DNA of 64,000 bases from the NCBI RefSeq assembly GCF_963921235.1, contig NC_086097.1:98768001-98832000 (forward strand), given 5' to 3'. The position numbers and the translations under genes were made by a program. Source of the stretch: Mobula hypostoma (taxonomy: Eukaryota). The notes under the pieces are model-generated. The model saw only the letters and a list, made by a program, of their open reading frames with translations, was not told the origin of the DNA and made no database searches. Shown here in pieces: positions 14,739 to 25,638 of this stretch; position 1 is the stretch's first letter, and each line of letters opens with the position of its first letter.

Positions 14739-15163
14739 GGTGACACGGTAGATAGTGGTTAGCACCACGCTTTACAGTACAGAGAACCAATTCCCACCGC
14801 TGCATGTGAGGCGTTTGTACGTTCTCCCCGTGACCACATGGATTTCCTCTGAGGGCTCTGGTTTCCTCCCACAGTCCAAAGACATACCGGTTAGTAGGTT
14901 AATTGGTCATTGTAAATGATCTAGTTTCCTGAGTGGTCGGGGCATCAAAGGATATGGTGAGAAGGAAGGTGTATGGGGTTGAGTGGGATCGGGGATCGAC
15001 CATGATGGAATGGTGGTGGACTCGATGGACTGAATGGCCTAATTCTGCTTCTATATCTTATGGTCCCGCGATTAGGCTAGGATTAAATGGTGGGGTTGAT
15101 GGGCAGCATGACCTGGAGGGCCAAAAGGGGCTATTCTGCACTGTATCTCAATAAATAAATAAA
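14739..15163 (+). mobile_element. V-SINE (HE1-like) interrupted by a CR1 3' fragment (~14918-15064)
   Basis: tRNA-like head, V-domain (tttgtacgttctccccgtgacc...ggtttcctcccacagtccaaagac) and an (AATA)n tail. Confidence 0.8.
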
Positions 15164-15269
15164 CGGAACCAATCAATCAATAAATAAACAAATAAATTTG
15201 AACAAAAGTGGCAAAGTGACCAGAGTTGTGATAGTGCTACTGTACTGAGGTCGATTGGAAGTGCAAAAG

Positions 15270-15620
15270 TTAATCCCTGATGGCTCAGAGCCTCGAGTCC
15301 CCAGATCTCTGCGAGTCTGCTGGGGAAGTCAAGGAGCCCAGTAGCACATCTGCTGGTGGCTGGAGGCCAAAGACGGCCTATCCTGGGATGAGAGGACTGT
15401 GTTTAGTGCACGGCCGGGTGGGTGTGAGGAACGGGGCTTGTGCTGCTGCTCCTGCTGCTGCTTTGTGGCTTGGTACATTCCATTTTTCCTGTGTTCTGCC
15501 CAGCGGCGTGGGAAGCTATGTTGGCGCTGGAATGCGTGTGCCCTCGGGTGTGCTGTCTGTTAGCGCACACGTTTCACCGTATGTTTCGATGTACTGCACC
15601 TGTGATAAATAAATTGGAAT
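15270..15620 (+). mobile_element. Non-autonomous repeat with Rex1-like tail
   Basis: Ends tttcaccgtatgtttcgatgtac...gtgataaataaa. A related copy lies on the minus strand at ~41290-41320 plus ~45500-46060. Confidence 0.5.
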
Positions 15621-16465
15621 CTAGAGTTGGTTATAGAGCCAATCGGTTGAAGGGAGGTAGCTGTTTGTGAACCGGTGGCTGTGGGAATTGAGAACGGTTC
15701 ATTAACATACTTGATTCTACTAGATTCTCCTCAGTTTGCTCAATCTCTCAGTGGATCGTGTTCTCAGCTCTGGAATCAGAACTGCATTTCTGCCACACAA
15801 ACAATGCCCTTTCCTCTCCGTGGAGAGGAGCTCCAGACAGCTATTCCATCCCCTGCCTTTCTCAAAGTTAGACTCAATTGCACTGGAGTTTCTTTTTGTA
15901 TTTTATGGAGCATCTTACCAGGATCACTCTGACTCTGCTGTAGTATGGAGAGGGAGTGTTGGTGGGCTGGGGGTTGGGGGGTGGGAGTCCACGGGAAATG
16001 GGGCAGTGTATAGAAGATCCAGCTGAGCATCTGGTTAAGGGTGATCTGAGCTTGCAACGTGACAGTAATCACAGGTTTATATTTGTACAGTAAGTGTGAA
16101 ACTTACACAGAGGTCTAATATAACTCTATGTCCTGTGCTGACACTAATCCCAACTCAAATTATTCAGCAAAATATCACAAGGACCTGACTCCCAAAAATA
16201 TCTTGCACTAACCTTTTATGTATCCTGTTTGCTATAGAAAATTATTGGAAACACTTCCAATTGAATTTACTTCCCTTTTCCGTTTGGAATATTTTCTCAT
16301 GGAAAATATCTTAACACTTCCCTTCCTGAGGAGGTTTTACTTTGTGTCTGTTTGCATGTACGTATATATCCAGAACTGCACAGTATAGGAATGTGTGTGT
16401 GTGTGCGTTTGAGTTTTGCACGGGTTTGCCCATCTATATGTGAGAATACATACGTTGAGTATATC

Positions 16466-16883
16466 GTTGTTGCCATTGTTGTGGCTATCCCTAGAGGTCG
16501 AGGATGATGGTCTTCGTTCTGTTACAGAGCAAAGATGCCTGTGCGTGTATTTGTTTAACGTGTGCTTGATGTTGCACTCCAAGAAGCACACGATACTTCA
16601 CAAATCAATCAATTGATTCCAATGGCATGGAAACCACGACAATTGGAGCTGATGGATTTGTTGCAGCCTTCATCCGCCTTCACAGCCGTTGAGTTTGAAG
16701 TAACTTCGTCCGCCTGTTCCACCGTTGAGGTCTTGGTTGGGTTGTTCTTTGTCAGGGACCTCACCCTCGACCTTACTGCCATGGGTGACCCTACCAGGAG
16801 CATAGCTCCAGACGGCATCGCTCTCGGGATCACAGGACCACACAAGCCTCTCCATCGCGACACGGTGACAACCCACCGAGAAG
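16466..16883 (-). mobile_element. Short bipartite RTE-derived non-autonomous retroelement
   Basis: 12-bp TSD GTTGAGTATATC at 16454-16465 and 16884-16895. Minus-strand 5' part resembles the RTE/Rex3 5' UTR (ggagctatgctcctggtagggtcacccatggc...ccctgacaaaga). The 3' part ends in a CAA-like tail. Confidence 0.7.
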
Positions 16884-17096
16884 GTTGAGTATATCATCGG
16901 TTTGCCTTTGAATGCACAGTATCTGTGTGTGATAATACATTTGTTTGTGAGTCAGGGGGAACTCACACAAGGGTGGTTATATCTCAGTTATCCCAGTTCT
17001 GGTGCTACAGAGGTTCCTCAGATCGCCATCCTGGACCCAGTTGCTCCGTTGGTGGTAGGAAGACTTGATAATGACTGCAGTGGGGCAACTGATGTG

Positions 17097-17430
17097 TCAA
17101 GATTCGATAGTGGTATACATAATTATGAGGGGTATAGATTGGGTAAAGGCAAGCAGGCTTTTTCCACTGAGGAGGGGTGAGACTACAACCAGAGGTCATG
17201 GGTTAAGGGTGAAATTGAAAAGCTTAAAGGGAACATGAGGGGAAACTTCTTCACTCAGAGGGTGGTGAGAGTGTGGAATGAGCTGCCAGCATAAGTGGTG
17301 CATGTGAGCTCGATTTCAACATTTAAACTAAGTTTGGATAGGTACATGGATGGTAGGGGTATGGAGGGTATGGTCCCGGTGCAGGTCGATAGGACTAGAT
17401 GGGCCAAAGGGCCTGTTTCTGTGCTATGAT
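17097..17430 (+). mobile_element. CR1 LINE 3' fragment
   Basis: TRGHGLRVK...MRGNFFTQRVVRVWNELP motif and CR1 terminal sequence. Confidence 0.8.
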
Positions 17431-17479
17431 TCTCTCTGATTCTGAGAGCCTGACGATATTCAGGTGAGTTACATCCCCG

Positions 17480-18060
17480 GTATAAAAGCATCAGGCAAAT
17501 GGCCATCTCCAGCAAGAGAGGATCTAACCACCTACTTTTGACACTCAACAGCATTACCATCATCAAATCCTCAGGATCGTGAACAACAACTGCCACGTCA
17601 ATACTGTGGCGACAAAAGAAGGCCGGAGGCTGTATCTCACCTCCTGACCACGGGACAAGTCAAGGGTGTGATGGAAGGCTGTGGGCGAATGTAGCTCCAT
17701 TAACACAACTCTCAACAAGCTCGGAGCCATCCTGGATAAACCAGCCTGCTGGACTGGCTCTCATCCTAACTCTGTGTTCTGCATTCTGGTTGTTCCCTCT
17801 TTTTGTACCACATTTGCAGACTTAGTTATGGAATGATCTGTCCAGGCGTCAAGCAAATGGAAAAAAATCACTGTAGTTTGGAATGTTTGGCAATGATAAG
17901 CTAATTATAATGAAGCATTAATTTCTTCCAGCATTTTAGCAGTGTGAACCATCTACAACGTGCATGGTATTCACTTGCCCAGGTCACTCCGGCAGCACCT
18001 TCCAGGCCTGTGACCTCTACCATGAGGAAGTCCAAAGGCAGAATGTGTATGGAACATCAG
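17480..18060 (+). mobile_element. Old decayed LINE 3' region (L2/CR1-group)
   Basis: Similar sequence at ~63370-63590 (+) and ~23060-23290 (-). Heavily decayed. Confidence 0.45.
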
Positions 18061-18061
18061 T

Positions 18062-18740
18062 GCTGGGAGCCCTCATAGAGGGATCAGAAGTGGAGAGAGT
18101 GAGCACCTTCAAGTTCCTGGATGTCCATATTTCTGAGGATCTGTCCTGGACCCAATATATCGATGCAATTACAAAGAAGCACAACAGTGGCTATATTTCA
18201 TCAGTAGTTTGAGGAGATTTGGCATGTCGCCAAAGTTCTACAGATGTACCGTGGATGAGTACTCTCTCTGACCGTATTGCCATCTGGTATTGGAGGGGGG
18301 CAGTGGACGGGATTGAAGTAAGCTGCAGAGAGTTGTAAACTCAGTCAGCTCCATCATGGACTCTAGCCTTCCGAGTACCCAGGACATCTTCAAGGAGTAA
18401 TGCCTCAAAAAGGGGGCATCCATCATTAAGGACCCCCACCACCCAGGTCATGCCCTCTTCCCACTGTTACCCTCAAGTCGGAGGTACAGGAGCCTGAAGG
18501 CACACACTCAGTGATTCAGGAACAGCTTCTTCCCCTCTGCCATCCGATTTCTGAATGGACATTGAACTCATGAACACTACCTCACTACTTTTTTTCTCTT
18601 TTTGCACCACTTAAAAATATATATACCTCTTACTGTAATTTACAAGTTTTTATTATGTATTTTAAGTTACTGCTGCTGCAAAGCTAACAAATTTCACAAC
18701 ACATTCCGATGATATTAAACCTGATTTTGATTCTGATGCT
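18062..18740 (+). mobile_element. Rex1/Babar-type LINE 3' part
   Basis: IEGSEVERVSTFKFLDVHISEDLSWTQYIDAITKK...RNSFFPSAIRFLN, followed by a (CTGATT)n-like tail. Confidence 0.8.
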
Positions 18741-18888
18741 ATAGAAACTTTTGACAGATTTCTCCTGTTCCTCCATCTCCCACAACTCATAGACTTTGCA
18801 GAACTCGCCTGCACTGAAATGGAGACCATGCCTTTAGCTGCAGTTTCCTGCCTCTAGGGTTTCCCTGAGGGCTACCAGAGGGCATTAC

Positions 18889-19034
18889 CTGAACGGGGAA
18901 TGACAACAAGGGGAAAACTCTTCCAGAGGGAGGGTGGATTGAACATGGTCAGGACAGGGAAATTGTGTGTTGAAATATTCAATGATTATTCCAAACACGG
19001 ATATATTGTAAACACAAACAGATGTTTGGTAATT
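18889..19034 (-). CDS. Candidate internal coding exon (146 nt, phase 0-2)
   Basis: Strong acceptor tgtttttatttcag and donor CAG|gtaatg. Only one frame is open (NYQTSVCVYNISVFGIIIEYFNTQFPCPDHVQSTLPLEEFSPCCHSPF), and it is phase-compatible with 12600-12758. Confidence 0.3.
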
Positions 19035-19489
19035 CTGAAATAAAAACACAATGACCGCATACAGGACCAGTCTGAACCAGATCACTCAGTGTTTTCAGTA
19101 AAGGAAAAATCGCAAAGTCTTTTCCTGTTCAGATGTCAAAATGCCTTCAAAATGCCCATGCATGTGTAGACAGCAGGGCACCCTAGAAATGAGCAACTCC
19201 TGGAAGTTACTCTACCTATACTTCCCTTCCTTTCTCCATCTTTTCTAAAGGAGGTCAGTCCCAGTCTCCTACCCTATCCAACCTTTTTCTCTTTCAAGTA
19301 TCTCCCTCTTTCCTATTTTAGGGCCAAAACTGGAATTTTGGTCAGACAATTATGTTAGTGACAATTCTCCATGTAAAAAAATATTTCTCCAAGTGCCTTC
19401 CTTAATAAATGGCTAATCTTTAAGTGTTTTCTCCCCTGACTTACTAACACAAGATCTCAATTGCTTTATCCCCTTAGAATGTTACAAGT

Positions 19490-20005
19490 CAGGGAGTCAC
19501 AGAGATGTACTGCATGCATGGAACTCCGCCTTTCAGCCCATCTGATTCTAACTAACTAAGTTGCCTACCTGAGCTAGTCCTATTTGCCGGCCTTTGTCCA
19601 TATTCCTCCAAACCTTTCTGATTCTCATACCTGGTTTAATGTCTTTTAAATATTTTAACACTACCTGCCTCCAGATCCTCTATATACTTACCACCCTCTT
19701 GTGATAAAAAGTCGCCCTTCAGGTCCACTTTAAATTTTTCCCCTCTCACCTTAAACCTACAACATCTACTTTTAGACTTCTCTACCTTGGGAAAAGTACT
19801 GTGACCGCCAATCCATGTCTCTCATAACTTTATAAACTTTTAGGTCAGCAATCAGCCTCCTATGCCCCATGGAACACGTTCTCGAACTGTTGAATCTCTC
19901 CTTACAACTGAAGCCTTCTCCACTCCTGGTAACATGCTCAAGAATCTTTTCTTCTTCCTTTCCACTCTATCATGTCCTGTTGCTGGGAAGCCAGAACTGC
20001 ACAGA
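19490..20005 (-). mobile_element. Decayed CR1 3' fragment
   Basis: Reverse-strand CR1 motifs (ccagaactgcacaga, ctctcaccttaaac, accaccctc). Confidence 0.6.
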
Positions 20006-20049
20006 ACTGATTTCACCCTTTGAGTTTATGCCAGCTCTGAGAGAATTCC

Positions 20050-20820
20050 TGACTTTGGGATGAGGGAACAAAGTGGTACAATCCAGAGAGATCCACACCA
20101 TTTCAGCTACAAGACTAATGGGAAACTGTTGGAACTACATGAGCACCACACCAGAACCACGGTCAGTCCAGCCTCGGTGGTCAAGCTGTTGCACCCATGG
20201 ACAATGGTCAACGTGTTCAAAGAAGCTTAGAGAGGAGGTTTCATATTGTCATCCTGCTTCCACACTGCACAACACCACCAGAGGCCCATGGCATAAACCT
20301 GGAACCACCCCACCCTTCTACTGATGTGAAGTTCACCATTGCCTCAGTGCATGAGCACAGCCACGAGACTTGAGTGGACATTTGAAGACCAAGATCTCAG
20401 AACCTAGTGCAAAACTCCTGGTTTACCATGTCCTTGAGCACTTCTGAGGCCTGCACTCCTACAGAGGGCACCTCAAGGACCTGGAGAGCTGTCACCAATA
20501 TAGCCTCAGACATTCCACCATGTTCACTGGCAGGAACACTGTGTCCTCCCCCAGTGGTGAGGTTTCAATGACACTCAGTCAGTACACTGGGAGTGCCTGA
20601 CACCAGGCTCCTGGTACTGGCTGCCTGCTTTGAGCTCTGTCATGCAGCAATTACCAAGGTAGGCAGAGTTAAAAATCAGGAATGTTTAAATGACTCTTGG
20701 GAATACCTGCCCATCACTTTCTAAAGTGGAGGGAAGAGCATTTGGGACGGATTGGGAACCCCGAGTCCACTCATTGAGAGCACACCGAAGGCTGTAAAAC
20801 ATGGAAGGAGTCAGTTCCCA
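20050..20820 (+). mobile_element. Decayed RTE-clade LINE fragment
   Basis: YKTNGKL-like RT-proximal motif and decayed downstream RTE-type motifs, with many indels. Confidence 0.5.
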
Positions 20821-21393
20821 AATTTTAAAAAAGAATTCATTCAAGGGATGTGGGCTTCCCAGACTGAACTAGGCCTTATCCCCCTCGGCTTGTGAGCCAT
20901 CCCCAGTTGCCCTGCCCTGGGGAAGTGGCGCAGGGCTGACTCCTCGACCTGCTGCAGCCCCTGAGGTGTGGCAGTGCCCTCAATGTTCACCCCGTGCCGA
21001 TGAAGGAGTGGTGATGTACAGACAGCGGCTAGCTCCTGTCCTGTCCTGTACCCAACAGAGCAGCCACTGAGTGTGTGTTCACGGCCCTCCGCTGCTCTCG
21101 CCCGTCCACTTTTAGGGACGTGCATTCAGAGACGCTCTTCTGCACACTGCTGTTGTAACGCGTGGTTATTTGAGTTACTGTCGCCTTTCTGTCAGCCTGA
21201 ACCAGTCTGACCACTCTCCTCTGACCTCACTCTCTCATTAACAAATCACTTTCACCCACAGAACTACCGCTCAATGGATGCTTTCATTTTTTGCACCATT
21301 CTCTGTAATCTTCAGAGACTGTTGTGTGTGAAAGTCCCAAGAGGCCAGCAGTTTCTGAGATACTCAAACCACCTCATCTGGCACCAACAATTA

Positions 21394-22893
21394 CTCAGCG
21401 TTTAATACCATCATCCCCTCAAAACTAATCAATAAGTTCCAAGATCTTGGCCTCAATATCTCCTTGTGCAATTGGCTCCTGGATTTCCTCACTTGTAGAC
21501 CCCAGTCAGTTGAGATTGGCAACAACATCTCCCCCACGATCTCCATCAGCACAGGGTCACCACGAGGCTGTGTTCTTAACCCTTGCTCTACTCACTTTAC
21601 ACTGGTGACTGTGGGGCAAGCAGAGCTCCCATGCCGTGGTTAAGTTTGCTGGTCACCGGCCGGATCAGAGGTGGTGATGAGTCAGCATATAGGAGGGAGA
21701 TTGAAAATCTGGCTGAGTAAGATAACAGCATCTGTTAATCATAAGTTGGAACAATTTGATTCATTCTGGGAAAAATAGTTTAACTACAGAACACCTCATA
21801 GGCTTGATTTTATTCTCACAAGTCAATGAATATGTTGTAAAAAAAAGATCACTCCCTACTTTATACATAGTTTTCTTCTTCTGCTTGTTCTTTCTTTCCT
21901 CTCCTTTCTATAAGTGTATACCTCAGATAAATATTATGTGGAGATTTGTGACAAATATGACTAAATGATATATATGTACAGTATCTGAAATACATCTTAT
22001 GGAAAGTTTTGTTTGTTGATGAACTTCAATAAAAAATAAATTACGAAGAAAAGAAAATCTGGCTGAGTGGTGTCATAACAACAGCCCCTCACTCAATGTC
22101 AACAAGACCAATGAGCTGGTGTAGACTTCAGGAGGAGGACACCAGAGACCCATGATCCAGTCCTCGTCGGAGTATCAGAGGTAGAGAGGGTTAGCAACTT
22201 TAAATTCCTGGCTGCTGCTATTTCTGAGGACCTTTTCTGGACCCAGCATGTAAAGGCAATTGTGAAGAAAGCACGACAGCGCCTCTGCTTCCTTAGGAGT
22301 CTCTGATAAACTACTATAGATGTGCAGGGGAGAGTGTATTGACTGGCTGTATCATGGTCTAGCATGGGAACACCAATACCTTCCAATGGAAAATCCTCCA
22401 AAAAGTAGTGGATTTGGCCCAGTACATTGGGGTAAAGCCCTCCCAACCACTGAGCACGTTGACATGAAATGCTGTCATAGAAAAGCAGCATCCGTCATCA
22501 GAGATCCCCACCACCCAGGCCAGGCTCTTTTCTCACTGCTGCCATCAGGTAGAAGGTACAAGAGCCTCAGGACTCACACCACCAGGTTCAAGAACAGGTA
22601 CTACCCCTCAACCATCAGGGTCTTGATCAAAAGGGGATAACTACACTCACCTGCCCATCCATTCAGATGTTACCACAACCAATGATCTCACTTTAAGAAC
22701 TCTTTATTTGTTATTTCATGTTCTCATTATTTATTGCTATTTATTTATATTTACCTTTGCACAGTTTGTTGTTTTCTGCACTCATTGATCCTGTTATAGT
22801 TACTATTCTATAGGTTTGCCAAGTATGCCCACACAAGATAAATCTCAGGGTTGTATGTAGTGACATGTATGAACTCTGATAATTACTTTGAAC
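21394..22893 (+). mobile_element. Rex1/Babar-type LINE, 5'-truncated, containing an L1 insertion
   Basis: [41 protein letters not shown] motifs, then KKARQRL..LRSL, KAASVIRDPHHPGQALFSLLPSGRRYKSLRTHTTRFKNRYYP, and a TTTGAAC tail. Confidence 0.85.
21719..22052 (+). mobile_element. L1/Tx1-type LINE 3' end with TSD
   Basis: KITASVNHKLEQFDSFWEK*FNY... followed by AATAAA and an A-rich tail. TSD GAAAATCTGGCTGAGT at 21703-21718 and 22053-22068, preceded by TT (L1-endonuclease-like site). Confidence 0.85.
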
Positions 22894-23737
22894 GTTATTC
22901 CAGAGTCAAAGTCACTTGGATCACATTTCTTCCCCATTCTGGTGGCTGGTCTGAATAACTGAACCTCTTGTCCATGTCTGCATGCTTTTATGCATTGGGT
23001 TGCTGCCATGTGATTGGCAGATGAGGTGGTTGCATTACAGAGCAGGTGGCCACTGAATGTATTTCTAAGTCAAGGTGGGGTGTGGTTTGAGGGCAACTTC
23101 TAGATGTTGGTGTCCCCTATGCTTTGCTGCCCTTTAGATTTTAGCTGGTAGAGTCGTGGGGTTGGAAGCTGCGCTCTAAGAAGTTCAGGTGTGTTGTGCA
23201 TTGCATACCTAGATAGTACAAACTGCTCATACTGTGATCAGTGGTGACAGAGCGAATGGTTGTAGATGGGATGCCAGCGAGTTTCTTGGAACCATTAGAT
23301 TAGTCCAAACTCCATGAATTTCTGTTGACAAAGAGGTTTGCGTGATGGTGGGATGGAGGATAAAAGTGACAGGTAACTTGGAAACTCAGCACCGGGTCTG
23401 AACGAGCCACTCTGTAACATGGTTTCCCTGGCAACATTCTCTTTCTCCACTGTAGAAGAGATCTTGTCATGAATGCTGTGCACTAGGTCGTAACAAGTGC
23501 AGCTGCCATCTGGATGAGAAGATTGTGGATATTATATAAAAGACTTGTACTGGAGTTCATGTAGAAGTTGTTGTGATATTCCAGACAGGAAAGGTCTGGG
23601 GATTGTGCGGTGGTGGAAGATTCTCTGCGACCTTCAGGAATGGTAGAGAAGGCTTGAGAGATGGGACGACGAATTGTGGCTTACCCCTTCTCTGTCTGTA
23701 AGATGCGAAGTTCTTAACAGGTGACAATGTCATGGGA

Positions 23738-24010
23738 TGATCCCCAGAGTGTAACCAGCGGGACAGGGACGGGGCGATCCCGGAGCGTAAGCAGCGGGAC
23801 AGGGACGGGGCGATCCCGGAGCGTAACCAGCTGGACAGGGACGGGGCGATCCCGGAGCGTAAGCAGTGGGACAGGGACGGGGCGATCCCGGAGCGTAAGC
23901 AGCGGGACAGGAACAGGGCGATCCCTGAGTGTTGAACAGACGGGTCCAGCACACAGTTACCAGGATATTTAACAGGGAGACAGTACTGGGTGATCCTGGA
24001 GTGTTGAACA
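23738..24010. repeat. 36-bp GC/CpG-rich minisatellite (~5 good copies plus degenerate ones)
   Basis: Unit CAGCGGGACAGGGACGGGGCGATCCCGGAGCGTAAG; overlapping ORFs are 12-aa periodic. Confidence 0.9.
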
Positions 24011-24276
24011 AGAGAGATCCTTTGCAGGTAATAAATCAATCAATTATTGATGAGAAACGTTGCTTGCCAATTGATGGGTCGACAATAAAATAGATATCAC
24101 AAGGTTTGCTATCTACGTTATTTCTCTGTTCGTGGCCTGCAGGTGAGTTCTATCTGCTCCCCCACCTGCCTTCTCCAAATCTCCTGCTCTCTTTCTCTGT
24201 CTCTTTTTCACTTTGCTTCCCGCAAGCCTAGCCTTTATTTGAGTGTCATTTCAGAGGCCCCGGCCTGTTGACAGGA

Positions 24277-24290
24277 GCTGCCATGGCAAC
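24277..24290. promoter_or_regulatory. Near-perfect RFX X-box
   Basis: GCTGCCATGGCAAC matches 13/14 positions of the palindrome GTTGCCATGGCAAC and lies in non-repeat sequence. Confidence 0.35.
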
Positions 24291-24998
24291 CAGAGGCAAC
24301 AAGTATTGTGTTGCAGTAACATCTTTCGGGCAGAAGATAACATTAGAGTGTGAGGAGCCTGTGATGCAATCGTCTCCCATCCCTGACCAGCACAGACAGC
24401 AATCAAGAATCAAGAATCTCGCAAACACGAGGAAATCTGCAGATGCTGGAAATTCAAGCAACATACATCAAAGTTGCTGGTGAACGCAGCAGGCCAGGCA
24501 GCATCTCTAGGAAGAGGTACAGCCGATGTTTCAGGCCGATACCCTTCGTCAGGACTAACTGAAAGAAGAGCTAGTAAGAGATTTGAAAGTTGGAGGGGGA
24601 GGGGGAGATCCAAAATGATAGGAGAAGACAGGAGGGGGAGGAATGGAGCCAAGAGCTGGACAGGTGATTGGCAAAAGGGATATGAGGGGATCATGGGACA
24701 GGAGGCCCAGGGAGAAAGAAGGGGGGGGGGGAACCCAGAGGATGGGCAAGGGGTATAGTGAGAGGGACAGAGGGAGAAAAAGGAGAGTGAGAGAAAGAAT
24801 GTGTGTATGAAAATAAATAGATAGATAGATATACTTCATTGATCCTGAGGGAAATTGGGTTTCGTTACCGGATGGGGTACGAGGGGGAGGTGGGGCATTA
24901 ATGGAAGTGTGAGAAGTCAATGTTCATGCCATCAGGTTGGAGGCTACCCAGACGGAATATAAGGTGTTGTTCCTCCAACCTGCATGTGGCATCATCTT

Positions 24999-25304
24999 GA
25001 GTCGACTGGGGTGATATACTGCATCCAGTGCTCCCGATGTGGCCTTCTATATATTGGTGAGACCCGACGCAGACTGGGAGATCGTTTTGCTGAACACCTA
25101 CGCTCTGTCCGCCAGAGAAAGCAGGATCTCCTAGTGGCCACACATTTTAATTCCACATCCCATTCCCATTCTGATATGTCTATCCACGGCCTCCTCTATT
25201 GTAAAGATGAAGCCACACTCAGGTTGGAGGAACAACACCTTATTATCCGTCTGGGTAGCCTCCAACCTGGTGGCATGAACATTGACTTCTCTAACTTCCG
25301 CTAA
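24999..25304 (+). CDS. GIY-YIG endonuclease C-terminal fragment (Penelope-like element)
   Basis: VIY-CxxC-YIGET, RxxEH, VAxHF and GMN motifs; 5'-truncated. Confidence 0.75.
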   Translation, partial: ESTGVIYCIQCSRCGLLYIGETRRRLGDRFAEHLRSVRQRKQDLLVATHFNSTSHSHSDMSIHGLLYCKDEATLRLEEQHLIIRLGSLQPGGMNIDFSNFR

Positions 25305-25602
25305 TGCCCCACCTCCTCCTCGTACCCCATCTGTTATTTATTTATATACACATATTCTTTCTTTCTCTCTCTCCTTTTTCTCCATCTGTCCCTCTCACTA
25401 TACCCCTTGCCCATCCTCTAGGCTTCCTCCTTCCCCCTTTCTTTCTCCCTAGGTCTCCTGTCCCATGATCCTCTCATATCCCTTTTGCTAATCACATGTC
25501 CAGCTCTTGGCTCCATCCCTCCCCCTCCTGTCTTCTCCTATCATTTCTGATCTCCCCCTCCACCTCCCACTTTAAAATCTCTTACTAGCTCTTCTTTCAG
25601 TT

Positions 25603-25638
25603 AGTCCTGACGAAGGGTATTGGCCCGAAATGTCGACT
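25603..25638 (+). ncRNA. Minimal type I hammerhead ribozyme (variant, GAAAUGUC)
   Basis: AGUC-CUGACGA-AGGGuauuggCCC-GAAA-UGUC-GACU. Confidence 0.65.

Larger units (their letters stand above)
21019..23059 (-). mobile_element. Tc1/mariner deletion derivative split by nested LINEs (Tc1 parts ~21019-21393 and ~22894-23059)
   Basis: Minus-strand VRLVQADRKATVTQITTRYNS resembles the Tc1 HTH region. End motif gtggccactgaatg. TA dinucleotides at 21017-18 and 23060-61. Confidence 0.75.

Noticed and set aside
14739..14810. tRNA gene
   Set aside because: Degenerate tRNA-derived SINE head with no complete cloverleaf.
23557..24039. 160-aa ORF with SGIAPSLSRCLR repeats
   Set aside because: Its length is explained by the 36-bp minisatellite.
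24410..24920. Recurrent small ORFs (MLVNAAGQAASLGRG..., MILSYPFCQSP...) as a novel multi-copy gene family
   Set aside because: They are alternative-frame or antisense translations of the Penelope 3' UTR, repeated only because the element is repeated.
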